From NCBI GenBank assembly GCA_963791485.1, contig CAWBSO010000005.1, positions 324,741 through 388,740 of the forward strand: 64,000 nucleotides of DNA, in the 5' to 3' direction. Shown here one piece after another: positions 26,758 through 37,164 of the stretch (positions are counted from its first letter, which is position 1; the number at the start of each line of letters is the position of its first letter). Below the pieces are notes generated by a model. The model saw nothing but the letters and a program-made list of their open reading frames with translations. It was not told where the DNA came from and did no database searches. The position numbers were made by a program, and so were the translations under genes. The stretch comes from an uncultured Solirubrobacterales bacterium. GTDB taxonomy: Bacteria > Actinomycetota > Thermoleophilia > Solirubrobacterales > Solirubrobacteraceae.

Positions 26758-27671
26758 GCCGCCCGGCACCGTCCGAGCTTGGGGCGCTCCCCGTCGTCGC
26801 GGTCGAAGTGCTTGAGAGCCTGCACCAACACCGGCTGCTCACCGCGCGTCAAGTCCACGCGCTACACACCCCCAACTCGACGGTACGGTGGACGCGCCTC
26901 GTCCTTGCGCAGCTCACCGGACGTGGGCTCGCCGAACGGGTGAATGGGCCGCGCGGTAGCGGGTTGTGGTTCCTCACGCGACAAGGTGTGGACACGATCC
27001 ACGCGGCCGGCACGCTCGCTGAGCCCCGGCGGCGAGTCACCACGCCCGCCCAAGCGGCAGGCCCGTTGCGTTCGCATACCCTCGCGGTCAACGACACCGG
27101 GATCGCGTTCGTCAAGGCCGCGCGCGAACGTGCGGGGGATGACTGCGGCCCGCTGTCCTGGCGCCACGAGATCGCCCACCCCTACGTCGCTGGACGTGGC
27201 CGCAACGGGACGCACCTGCTGATCGCCGACGCGCTCCTCTCTTACCTGCAAGCCGCGCCGGATGAGTCACTGATCCTGCACCAGCGGTTCATCGAGCTTG
27301 ATCGGGGCACGATCCCGCACGAGCAGCTAGCAGCCAAGCTCGCGGGCTACGCCCAGCTACGCCAGTACACGACCGCCAAGGACACGCCCGATGGTCCGCT
27401 CTGGCGCGCCTACTACCGCACCTTTCCATCTGTGCTGGTCGTGCTCGCCGATCAAACCTCAAACGCGGCGCGCAGGCGTATTCAGAAGACGATCGCGCTG
27501 TACCGCTCCGACCCCTCACAAGGCCGCTACGGGACCGTACCCACCTCTTTCACCACGCTTCCCGAGCTAACCGCGCGCGGCCCGTTCGCGCCGATCTTCA
27601 TCCCCGCCGACCAACCAGACCACTTCACGGACTGGCTCGACCACACACCCACCAAGACCACTGAAAGGTGA
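26754..27671 (+). CDS. Replication-relaxation (Replic_Relax, MOBL-type) relaxase
   Basis: HQHRLLTARQV N-terminal wHTH, HTLAVND, ADA, FIELDRGT..KLAGY; directly after the coupling protein. Confidence 0.85.
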   Translation: MSRPAPSELGALPVVAVEVLESLHQHRLLTARQVHALHTPNSTVRWTRLVLAQLTGRGLAERVNGPRGSGLWFLTRQGVDTIHAAGTLAEPRRRVTTPAQAAGPLRSHTLAVNDTGIAFVKAARERAGDDCGPLSWRHEIAHPYVAGRGRNGTHLLIADALLSYLQAAPDESLILHQRFIELDRGTIPHEQLAAKLAGYAQLRQYTTAKDTPDGPLWRAYYRTFPSVLVVLADQTSNAARRRIQKTIALYRSDPSQGRYGTVPTSFTTLPELTARGPFAPIFIPADQPDHFTDWLDHTPTKTTER

Positions 27672-27678
27672 ACCACAG

Positions 27679-28692
27679 ATGCACCCGCAGACTACAACCA
27701 CACACTCACTCCCAACCCGTCGTCGCGTACCCGACCAAGGCTGCCCGGCGACACCCCAACGCCCACGACGCCGAACACGGGTCAGAACCCGTGCGCCGTA
27801 TCGCACGGCCAATCTGCCGATCGCAATTTGGCCTTGCGCACAAACGACGAGCCAGTGGCAGCGCCACAGTCGTTACCTCCCCGAGTCCAACCGCCACCCC
27901 GGCAAGATGCTCCCCGCGCTCGCGCGCCGTGCGATCGACGCCTACAGCAATCCGGGCGACCTCGTGCTCGACCCGATGTGCGGGATCGGCACGACACTCG
28001 TGGAGGCAATTCACGCAGGCCGCCGAGCAGTCGGCGTGGAGCTGGAGCCCAGATGGGCGAAGCTCGCACGCGCCAACATCGAGCACGCCCACGACCAAGG
28101 CGCAAGCTCCGCCGCGCACGTCATCGAAGGCGACGCACGCCAGACGCCGCGTCTGCTCACCGACGCACAGCATCGGCAGGTCGACCTCATCCTCACGTCG
28201 CCGCCCTACGCCTGCCAAGTCGCGGATGTGTCCACCGAGAACCTGATCAGCCATAGCGGGTCGATCCGCCGCGAGGACACAAGCAACTACAGCCCCGACC
28301 GAAGCAACCTCGGACACGCTCGCGGTGACACCTACCTCGCCGCGATGGCCGAAGTCTATGCGGCCTGCGCTGCCGTCCTGAAGCCCGGCGGATTCCTCGT
28401 GCTCGTCACCAAGGACATGCGCTCCGGTGGCGCCCTGCACAACCTCAGCGGCGACACGATCGCGCTCTGCGAACGCCTGGACCTGCGCTATTGGCAACGC
28501 ATCATCGGTCTACTTGCCACGATCCGCGACGGCGAACTCGTCATGCGCCCGTCGTTTTGGCAGATGCTCCACGCCCGGCGGGCGCAGGCAAGAGGCGAGC
28601 GCACACATATCGTCGGGCACGAGGACGTGCTCGTCTTCCGCAAGCCGAACCTCCCGACGGCACAGCCCACCAGCGTGCGGAAGGCCGCCTGA
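27679..28692 (+). CDS. Amino DNA methyltransferase
   Basis: HPGKMLP, VLDPMCGIGTT, DLILTSPPY, LKPGG, HEDVLVFRKP. Confidence 0.85.
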   Translation: MHPQTTTTHSLPTRRRVPDQGCPATPQRPRRRTRVRTRAPYRTANLPIAIWPCAQTTSQWQRHSRYLPESNRHPGKMLPALARRAIDAYSNPGDLVLDPMCGIGTTLVEAIHAGRRAVGVELEPRWAKLARANIEHAHDQGASSAAHVIEGDARQTPRLLTDAQHRQVDLILTSPPYACQVADVSTENLISHSGSIRREDTSNYSPDRSNLGHARGDTYLAAMAEVYAACAAVLKPGGFLVLVTKDMRSGGALHNLSGDTIALCERLDLRYWQRIIGLLATIRDGELVMRPSFWQMLHARRAQARGERTHIVGHEDVLVFRKPNLPTAQPTSVRKAA

Positions 28693-28694
28693 CA

Positions 28695-29069
28695 ATGCCC
28701 CCGACAAGAAAGGCTCAACCGACCAAAAGCGCCCGCCGCGCCTGCAACCAAACCACCCGGCGGGCTCCCGCTGTCAGGACCTTGAGATCACGGCCCGGCT
28801 CTGCTCTGATCGGCAGCGCCGATGCTTCACGACGATCACGAGACTCCGAGCAGTGCCACGGTCGCCCGGACCCGGCTTCGGACGATCCACTCGACAGGGC
28901 TCAGATCGTCGTGTCCATCGAACACACGACGCCTGGCAGTCCGCTCGATGAGCAACTGCGCCGCGAGCAGACCCGCGCGCTGCTCGACCTCCTGGCGGAC
29001 CACGCCACCCGCCAACGTGCGCGCCTCGATGCCGCTAACCGAAGGGAACCGAGCAATGACAGCAAGTGA
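28695..29069 (+). CDS. Hypothetical protein (candidate recombination directionality factor)
   Basis: Small ORF upstream of the integrase; start uncertain; function inferred from position only. Confidence 0.4.
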   Translation: MPPTRKAQPTKSARRACNQTTRRAPAVRTLRSRPGSALIGSADASRRSRDSEQCHGRPDPASDDPLDRAQIVVSIEHTTPGSPLDEQLRREQTRALLDLLADHATRQRARLDAANRREPSNDSK

Positions 29070-29231
29070 AGTCACCACCACCGTCACCGGGTCAGTAGCC
29101 CACGCGCTTCTAGCCCGTGCGGGATTTGAGAAGGATGAGCGCGGACGCTGGACCGCACCCGATGGACGCTGGACGTGGGAAACCGACGAGGCGCTGATCT
29201 GGGCCATCGTCAGACTTGCGGAGGAGGACGC

Positions 29232-29235
<4 letters not shown>
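29056..29235 (+). CDS. Hypothetical small protein (59 aa)
   Basis: Overlaps both neighbours; ATGA coupling to the integrase. Confidence 0.45.
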
Positions 29236-30968
<1,733 letters not shown>

Positions 30969-31228
30969 GCGGACTCACCAGATTAGCAGAGGATCTGGAG
31001 GCCAAGGCGATGAGGTACCTCGCCAATGCCGCTCCGTTTGCCCGCTTGCGCATGCCCCCAGCGCGCGGCGCACACCTGGACGGGTCCCCGCCACGTGCGG
31101 CACCCCACCCGGGCTCCCACACGCCGCCCCCCGCCTCTCCGGGCCGGCCGCTCTGCGGCAACGGCTCTCTCCCTACCCCCGGCGTCCGGGTGCCGCGCGC
31201 GCCGCCACGTCCCGTACCATCCTCGCCC

Positions 31229-32152
31229 ATGCGCGTCGCCGTGGTTGACGTCGGCACCAACTCCACCCGTCTGCTGCTCGCCGAGGTCGAACCCGACGGG
31301 TCCGTCGCCGAACTCGTGCGCCTCTCCCGCGTCACCCGCCTCGGCGCGGGTGTGGACTCAGCGGGCGGGCTCTCCCCCGAGGCGGTGGAGCGCACCTGCG
31401 CCGTGCTCGCCGACTACCGCGCGCTGATCGATCGGCATGGCTGCGACGCTAACCTCGCCGTGCTGACCTCCGCCGTGCGGGATGCGTCCGACGGGGCCGC
31501 CTTCGCCGAGCGCGTGCGCCGCGACTACCGGCTGGATGCACGCACCCTCTCCGGCGACGAAGAGGCCGCGCTCACCTTCCTCGGGGCGATGTCCGACCGC
31601 GAGCCCTCGCCGGAGCCGACAGTGGTGATCGACATCGGCGGCGGGTCCACCGAGTTCGTCGTCGGGCACGACCACACCGCGGGCTTTCACGTCTCGCTGC
31701 AGGCGGGCGTAGTGCGCATGAGCGAACGTCATATCCATTCCGACCCCCCCGCCCCCGCGGAGCTGCAGAGCCTCGCGCTCGACACGCGCTCGATCTACCT
31801 CGATGGCCTTCCCCCCGAGGCGCGCGCCCCGGTGCGGCACGGGATCGCCGTCGCCGGCACCGCCACCTCAGCGGCCGCGATCGACCTGGAGCTCGACCCC
31901 TACGACTCCGCGCGCGTGCACCGCCACGTGCTGCTGCTCGCCACCGTTGAGTTGCTCCTCGCCCGCCTCGCCGCCATGACCGAAACCCAGCGCCGCCATG
32001 TCGTCGGCTTGCATCCCGACCGCGCCCCCACGATCGTCGCCGGGACGATCCTGCTCGGCGAGGCGATGCGCGCCTTCGAGCTCGACCGCGTGGAGGTCTC
32101 CGAGCACGACATCCTGCGCGGCGGGGCGCTGCGGCTGGCCGGACTTGGGTGA
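31229..32152 (+). CDS. ppx: Ppx/GppA phosphatase
   Basis: VAVVDVGTNSTRLL, TSAVRDA, LSGDEEA, DIGGGSTE; TACCAT -10 just upstream suggests a leaderless transcript. Confidence 0.93.
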   Translation: MRVAVVDVGTNSTRLLLAEVEPDGSVAELVRLSRVTRLGAGVDSAGGLSPEAVERTCAVLADYRALIDRHGCDANLAVLTSAVRDASDGAAFAERVRRDYRLDARTLSGDEEAALTFLGAMSDREPSPEPTVVIDIGGGSTEFVVGHDHTAGFHVSLQAGVVRMSERHIHSDPPAPAELQSLALDTRSIYLDGLPPEARAPVRHGIAVAGTATSAAAIDLELDPYDSARVHRHVLLLATVELLLARLAAMTETQRRHVVGLHPDRAPTIVAGTILLGEAMRAFELDRVEVSEHDILRGGALRLAGLG

Positions 32153-32346
32153 GCTCACGGCGCCTGCGCGGGCGCGAGCTCCGCCGCCCACCCAGGTTAT
32201 TTGATGGACGCCCTCTCGCGATCGCGCTGGAGGCGTTCTGAGGGCCCAGGGGGCCACACCGACGAGGCTCGACCGAGTAGAACTGACCCACAAACCCTTC
32301 CAAAGAGTGGCGCAAATGGCCGATCTGAAATCTTTTGGGATTGGGG

Positions 32347-32375
32347 TTGCATGGGATTCCGATATCCGATACACT
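32347..32375 (+). promoter_or_regulatory. Housekeeping-sigma promoter TTGCAT-N17-TACACT
   Basis: Near-consensus hexamers with 17-bp spacer; no long ORF downstream. Confidence 0.6.
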
Positions 32376-32380
32376 GTTTT

Positions 32381-32568
32381 GCGAGGAGGTGTAGGCCGCT
32401 GTGTCTTACACTCCTCAGCCGGTCCATAGACCTGGGCGAACATGCCGAGTGATCGGCATCCCGCCGTCCGGGTCACCCTACCCCCGAGGCCTCTGAGGAA
32501 CGTACCCCTGCCTGTCCCTCGAGGCCTACCTGAGGAAGCCGCCCCCTGCCGGGCGGCTTCCTCGCTTT
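32381..32568 (+). ncRNA. Candidate structured small RNA (or small-peptide mRNA)
   Basis: Bounded by the promoter and a 13-bp terminator stem; internal hairpins including ATGCCGA-GTGA-TCGGCAT. Confidence 0.45.
32532..32568 (+). terminator. Terminator hairpin (possibly bidirectional)
   Basis: GAGGAAGCCGCCC/GGGCGGCTTCCTC perfect 13-bp stem followed by GCTTT. Confidence 0.7.
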
Positions 32569-32574
32569 AAGGGC

Positions 32575-34332
32575 CTACGCGAGGTTGGACCGGCGCGGGT
32601 ACGCGACGCTCGGGTCTGTCAGCACGTTCACCAGCGCCGGGCGGCCCGCCCCGAGGGCTCGCTCGAGCGCGCCGCGCAGCTGCTCGGGGCGCTCGACCAG
32701 CTCGCCCTCGCAGCCCAACGCCTCTGCCACCAGGTCGTAGCGGGTGCCCGGCCGCAGGTCAGCCGCCACCGAGTATCCGTACACGAGCTCCATCGGATGC
32801 TTCTCGAGGCCCCACACCCCGTTGTTGCCGATCACACCCACCACGTTTACGCCGTGGCGCGCCAGCGTGTCCCACTCCATTCCCGCGAAGCCGAACGCGC
32901 CGTCGCCGAGCAGCAGCACCACCTGGCGCTCCGGCCGTGCCAGCTTCGCCGCCAGCGCATACCCCGGCCCGGCGCCCAGGCACCCGAACGGCCCCGGGTC
33001 CAGCCAACAGCCCGGCTGGAAGCTGTCCACCACGCGGCCGGCGTAGGAGACGAAGTCGCCGCCGTCCCCGATCACGATCGCGTCGCGATCCAGCACCTCG
33101 GCCAGCTCGGCGTACACGCGCAACGGATGCAGCGGCGCCCTCGCGTCCTGGAGCTCCGCCCGCTCGCCCTCGCGCAGCCCCGTCTCCGCCGCGCGCAGCT
33201 GCGCGATCCACCCGCCGCTCGTGCGCTCCCCGCCCGTGGCCGTTGCCGCCGCGCGCTCGCCCGCCGCGCGGCGCAGGTCGCTCAGCGTCTCGCTCAGTCC
33301 GCCATACAGCTCCACCACGGGCTCCCGCGGGGGCCGGCGTTGGGGCTCGGCCACGTCGATCGTCACAATCTTTGTCTCCTCCCCGAACGCCCCCCCGAAG
33401 CCCAAGCGGAAGTCCATCGGCACCCCGATCACGAGCGCCACGTCTGCCTCCCGCAGGGCGCGGCTGCGCGTGCGCGAGAAGTACAGCTCGTGATCGGCCG
33501 CCACGCAACCCCGCGCGAGGCCGTTGAGGAATACCGGGATACACAGAGCCTCCGCCAGCTCCCGCAGCGCCGCCTCCCCGCGGCCCCAGTAGAGGTCGGT
33601 GCCCGCCATGATCACCGGGCGCTCCGCGCCTCCCAGCAGCCGGCCGGCTGCCTCCACCGCCGCCTCCGGAGCCGACCGCAAACGGGGAGCGCCCGCACGG
33701 CCCGTCGGCGCCGCCGCGAACCCTCCCCCCTCCTCCTCCCCTTTTGCGCCCGCTCCGCCGCCGCTCCGGCGCCCCGCAACAGGCTCCTGCGCCTCCATGA
33801 ACACGTAGTCCATCGGCAGATCCACGAACGCCGGGCCGCCGTGCGGGGCGAGCGCCGCCGCGAACGCGTCCTCCACCAGCTCGGGGATCTCCGCCGCGCT
33901 CCCCGCCGTCGCCGCCAGCTTGGTGAGCGGCCGCACGAACGGCACGTGGTCGATCTCCTGCAGCGAGCCTTGTCCCCAGCGGCCCGCCGGTGCACGCCCG
34001 CCGAGCACGACGATCGGCGAGTGGTTGGCCTGCGCGCTCGCGATCGCGCTGAGCCCGTTGGTGACTCCCGGCCCCGCCGTCAAGGCGCACACGCCCACCT
34101 CGCGCGTCACCTTCGCCCAGCCCTCCGCCGCGAACGCCGCCGTCTGCTCGTGGCGCACGTCCACAATCTCAATCCCCTCCGCGCGGCAGCCGTCGTAGAT
34201 CGAGAAGAGGTGCCCCCCGGACAGCGTGAACAGTCGGCTCACCCCGTGCGCCTTCAGGCGCCGCGCGACCAAGCGGCCGCCGTGAAAGGAGGTCGTGTGC
34301 TCCTGCGGCGGTGAGGTGCGCTCCGCGTCCAT
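32575..34332 (-). CDS. ThDP-dependent enzyme (acetolactate synthase large subunit-like / 2-hydroxyacyl-CoA lyase-like)
   Basis: [22 protein letters not shown], ThDP motif GDGAFGF...NN; ATG 34332. Confidence 0.9.
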   Translation of the reverse strand: MDAERTSPPQEHTTSFHGGRLVARRLKAHGVSRLFTLSGGHLFSIYDGCRAEGIEIVDVRHEQTAAFAAEGWAKVTREVGVCALTAGPGVTNGLSAIASAQANHSPIVVLGGRAPAGRWGQGSLQEIDHVPFVRPLTKLAATAGSAAEIPELVEDAFAAALAPHGGPAFVDLPMDYVFMEAQEPVAGRRSGGGAGAKGEEEGGGFAAAPTGRAGAPRLRSAPEAAVEAAGRLLGGAERPVIMAGTDLYWGRGEAALRELAEALCIPVFLNGLARGCVAADHELYFSRTRSRALREADVALVIGVPMDFRLGFGGAFGEETKIVTIDVAEPQRRPPREPVVELYGGLSETLSDLRRAAGERAAATATGGERTSGGWIAQLRAAETGLREGERAELQDARAPLHPLRVYAELAEVLDRDAIVIGDGGDFVSYAGRVVDSFQPGCWLDPGPFGCLGAGPGYALAAKLARPERQVVLLLGDGAFGFAGMEWDTLARHGVNVVGVIGNNGVWGLEKHPMELVYGYSVAADLRPGTRYDLVAEALGCEGELVERPEQLRGALERALGAGRPALVNVLTDPSVAYPRRSNLA

Positions 34333-34372
34333 GCTCGCTGCGACTCTACCCGCTGCCTGCCCGCAGCGGGAG

Positions 34373-34416
34373 TGCCCCGGTGGGAGTCCAACCCACAAAC
34401 CCGTCGCGGCGCCGAT
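34373..34416 (-). repeat. Degenerate copy of the tRNA-Leu 3' half (old att site)
   Basis: TGCCCCGGTGGGAGTCCAACCCACAAACCCGTCGCGGCGCCGAT versus TGCCCGGGGTGGGAGTCGAACCCACAAACCTTTTCGAGGCGCCGAT at 39501; hairpin CCCGCTGC/GCAGCGGG adjacent at 34349-34370. Confidence 0.8.
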
Positions 34417-34540
34417 CGGGTGGACGTAGGTCCGCAGCGTGGCCTGGGTCGGAGTGTCCGGGTCGCGGGTCGCGTGTGCGGAGGTCGCAGCCCACCGCCG
34501 ACACCGCCGAAGGGGCCCGCCTCGGATAGAGTTGCGCCTC

Positions 34541-35509
34541 ATGAAGGCGGCGGTGATCTACGAGAACGGTGGCCCGGACGTCCTGCGCTACGAGGACGTA
34601 CCCGATCCCAAGTGCCCTGAGGGCTGCGTGCTGATCGACGTCGAGGCGATCAGCATCGAGGGCGGAGACCTCCTGGCTCGCGCCGGGTCGCCGCCGGCGT
34701 CGGTCCCGCACATCGTGGGGTACCTCGCCGCGGGCACAGTCGTCGGGGTCGGCGCCGGCGTCGGCGATCCCGCGGTCGGCGACCGCGTTGTGACCCTGAA
34801 CACAGCGGGCTCGCACGCTTCCAAGCGGGCTGTTCCCGCTATGTCCACTTGGCGGATCCCCGACGGGCTGGACGCAGCTCGCGCTGCGTGTGTCCCGGTC
34901 GCGTGCGGGACCGCCCAGGAGTGCCTGTTCACCGCCGGCAACCTCCAAGCCGGGCAAACGGCCCTGATCCACGCCGGAGCCGGAGGGGTCGGGATGGCCG
35001 CGATCCAGCTCGCCAAGCAGGCCGGCGCGACAGTGATCTCGACCGCCTCGAGCGACGATAAGCTCGAACGTCTGACTGAGTTTGGTCTCGACCACGGGAT
35101 CAACTACGCCAGCGAGAACTTCGTCGAGCGAACAAGGGAGCTGACCGACGGGCGCGGCGTTGACGTGATCCTCGACTCGGTTGGCGGCCAGAACCTCGTG
35201 GATAGCGTCGGCGCGCTCGCCTACCGCGGGACGCTCGTCAGCGTTGGGGTAGCGGGCCGCGCCGGCTCGAACATCGAAGCGAGGAGTCTGTGGGCGCAGA
35301 ACAACACGCTACGCGGTGTCTTCCTCGGCGGCGCCTTGCTGAACGAGTACGCCCGTGTCCACACACTGATCACCGATTTGTTCGAGCGAGTTGCGAACGG
35401 CAGGCTGCGCGTCGAGATCGACCGGACGTTCCAGCTCGCCGATGCCGTCGCCGCCCACGCGTACATCGAGAGCCGCCAAGCCTTCGGTCGCGTCGTGATG
35501 TCGCCGTAG
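34541..35509 (+). CDS. NADPH:quinone oxidoreductase (MDR family)
   Basis: [53 protein letters not shown]. Confidence 0.9.
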   Translation: MKAAVIYENGGPDVLRYEDVPDPKCPEGCVLIDVEAISIEGGDLLARAGSPPASVPHIVGYLAAGTVVGVGAGVGDPAVGDRVVTLNTAGSHASKRAVPAMSTWRIPDGLDAARAACVPVACGTAQECLFTAGNLQAGQTALIHAGAGGVGMAAIQLAKQAGATVISTASSDDKLERLTEFGLDHGINYASENFVERTRELTDGRGVDVILDSVGGQNLVDSVGALAYRGTLVSVGVAGRAGSNIEARSLWAQNNTLRGVFLGGALLNEYARVHTLITDLFERVANGRLRVEIDRTFQLADAVAAHAYIESRQAFGRVVMSP

Positions 35510-35570
35510 GCGTCGCGCCAGTCTGGCAAGTCTCCCGGATCGCCGTCCTGCTCCCCGCGCGCTGCCGACG

Positions 35571-36014
35571 TCACACCCCCGGTCGCGCCAGCCTTGGGTT
35601 CCAGATGACCTCCCACAGGTGCCCGTCGAGGTCGCGGAAGTAGCCGGAGTAGATGCCCCATGGGCGATCGTGCGGCCGGTCGGTGAGCGTCGCGCCGGCG
35701 TCCTCGGCCCGGGCGAGCAGAGCATCGACATCTGCCCGACTGGGAACCACGTGGCCGATGCTGAACTCGCCGCTCTGCGCCGAACCGGGCGCAATGTTGG
35801 CATCCTTCGCGAGCTCGCTCCGCGGATACAGCATCAGCATCAGCCCACTCGCGAGCTTGAACATCGCCGCCGCTCCCGCCGGCGTGAGATCGTCGCCGGG
35901 GTACTCGGTGCCGACCAGCTCGCCCGATTCGAGGCCGAGGCCGTCGCGGTAGAACTCGAGCGAGCGCTCGAGATCACTCACGGCAAGGGTGATCAGGTCT
36001 ATGTTGGGCTCCAT
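35571..36014 (-). CDS. VOC/glyoxalase family protein
   Basis: ITLAVSDLERSLEFY...WGIYSGYFRDLDGHLWEV. Confidence 0.9.
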   Translation of the reverse strand: MEPNIDLITLAVSDLERSLEFYRDGLGLESGELVGTEYPGDDLTPAGAAAMFKLASGLMLMLYPRSELAKDANIAPGSAQSGEFSIGHVVPSRADVDALLARAEDAGATLTDRPHDRPWGIYSGYFRDLDGHLWEVIWNPRLARPGV

Positions 36015-36095
36015 CTCCTGCCTTTCCGTCGGCGCCCGATGAGTCTTGCCTCGGGCGGCGGGCTAATCTCCTGGACCAACGAATAGGAGGATGAC

Positions 36096-36188
36096 ATGCC
36101 GACGATCGACCGTGTGCACATCGTGCGCGAGACCTACGGCGCCTACGAGTCTGGCGACCGCGCAATGGTGGACCCATGGCGAAGCTGA
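36096..36188 (+). pseudogene. N-terminal fragment of a SnoaL/NTF2-like protein
   Basis: GGAGG RBS then MPTIDRVHIVRETYGAYESGDRAMV, broken at the start of the next gene. Confidence 0.45.
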
Positions 36189-36730
36189 TCTACTCGGCGA
36201 TCACGTCGCTCGACGGCTACGTCGAGGACGCGGAGGGCAACTTCGACTGGGGCAGACCGGACGATGAGCTGTTTGCGCTCATCAACGACCTCGAGCGGCC
36301 AATCGGCACCTACCTGTACGGGCGGCGGATGTACGAGACGATGGTGTTCTGGGAGACGGTCGCCACCGGTGCCGACCAGGCGGCCGTGGCGCGCGACTTC
36401 GCTGCGATCTGGCGCGGTGCAGAGAAGGTCGTCTTCTCAAGGACCCTGCAGAGGGCATCGAGCGCGAAGACGCGGATCGAGCGGGAGCTCGACCCCCAAG
36501 CGGTCCGTCAGATGAAGGAGGCGGCGGGCAACGACATCACGATCGGCGGCGCCGAGCTTGCCGGCGAGGCGATCCGCGCCGGCCTCGTCGACGAGTGCCA
36601 CTTGTTTCTCGTGCCGGTTCTCGTGGGGGCCGGCAAACGCTCACTGCCGGGCGGCGCCCGTGCGCAGCTTCACCTGCTGGACGAGCGGCGCTTCGGCAGC
36701 GGCGTCGTTCACCTGCGTTACCGCATTTGA
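36176..36730 (+). CDS. Dihydrofolate reductase-like (RibD C-terminal domain) protein
   Basis: SLDGYV, LYGRRMYETM, KVVFSRTL, GLVDECHL..PVLVGAG. Confidence 0.9.
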   Translation: MAKLIYSAITSLDGYVEDAEGNFDWGRPDDELFALINDLERPIGTYLYGRRMYETMVFWETVATGADQAAVARDFAAIWRGAEKVVFSRTLQRASSAKTRIERELDPQAVRQMKEAAGNDITIGGAELAGEAIRAGLVDECHLFLVPVLVGAGKRSLPGGARAQLHLLDERRFGSGVVHLRYRI

Positions 36731-36889
36731 GCGGCAGGTCGCATACGACTCGTTGTCCGTCAGCTGCTCGATGTGCTCGAGCGTATCCCGATCAAGCCCA
36801 TCCGGGCTAAACACGCGCTCGGCGAGCCGCCGCCGCTCGGCGCGTTCCTCGTCGCTCAGCGCGGCTTCTCGAACGTGGCGCCAGTGACA

Positions 36890-36990
36890 GCCGCAGCAGG
36901 CGTGTGGAGCCCTGTTGGTCGTGGTGGAGGTAGGTGATGGCCCCTCCGCTTGAGATTTGCTCGATGGGCACGTCTCCGGGTCCGTAGATG
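36890..36990 (-). pseudogene. RHS-repeat core fragment
   Basis: IYGPGDVPIEQISSGGAITYLHHDQQGSTRLL is typical of RHS core regions; no intact gene around it. Confidence 0.65.
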
Positions 36991-37164
36991 CTCTGTTGGT
37001 GGTGTCGCTGAAAGTAGTGTGCGCAGTGCCCAGGTGAGCCTACTTCCGCGTTCGGGTTCTCCAATAAGTAGGCACGCCAGCGATGTCAGCCCGGTGCAAC
37101 AATGCCGTCGCGCTATGTCAGCTGCCGACATGCGTATGAGTGCACCAGGATCGTCGTAGAAGTC

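Noticed and set aside
32381-32568. 6S RNA or Ms1 assignment
   Set aside because: The length fits 6S, but I see local hairpins rather than one long rod with a central bubble; cannot assign without a covariance search
32797-34314. 505-aa plus-strand ORF (likewise 48086-49783, 51423-53477, 59340-61244, 60929-62395)
   Set aside because: Antisense shadows of well-supported genes, expected in high-GC DNA; no recognisable motifs
34373-34440. Second functional tRNA-Leu
   Set aside because: T-loop mutated, no anticodon arm or D-arm; treated as an att remnant
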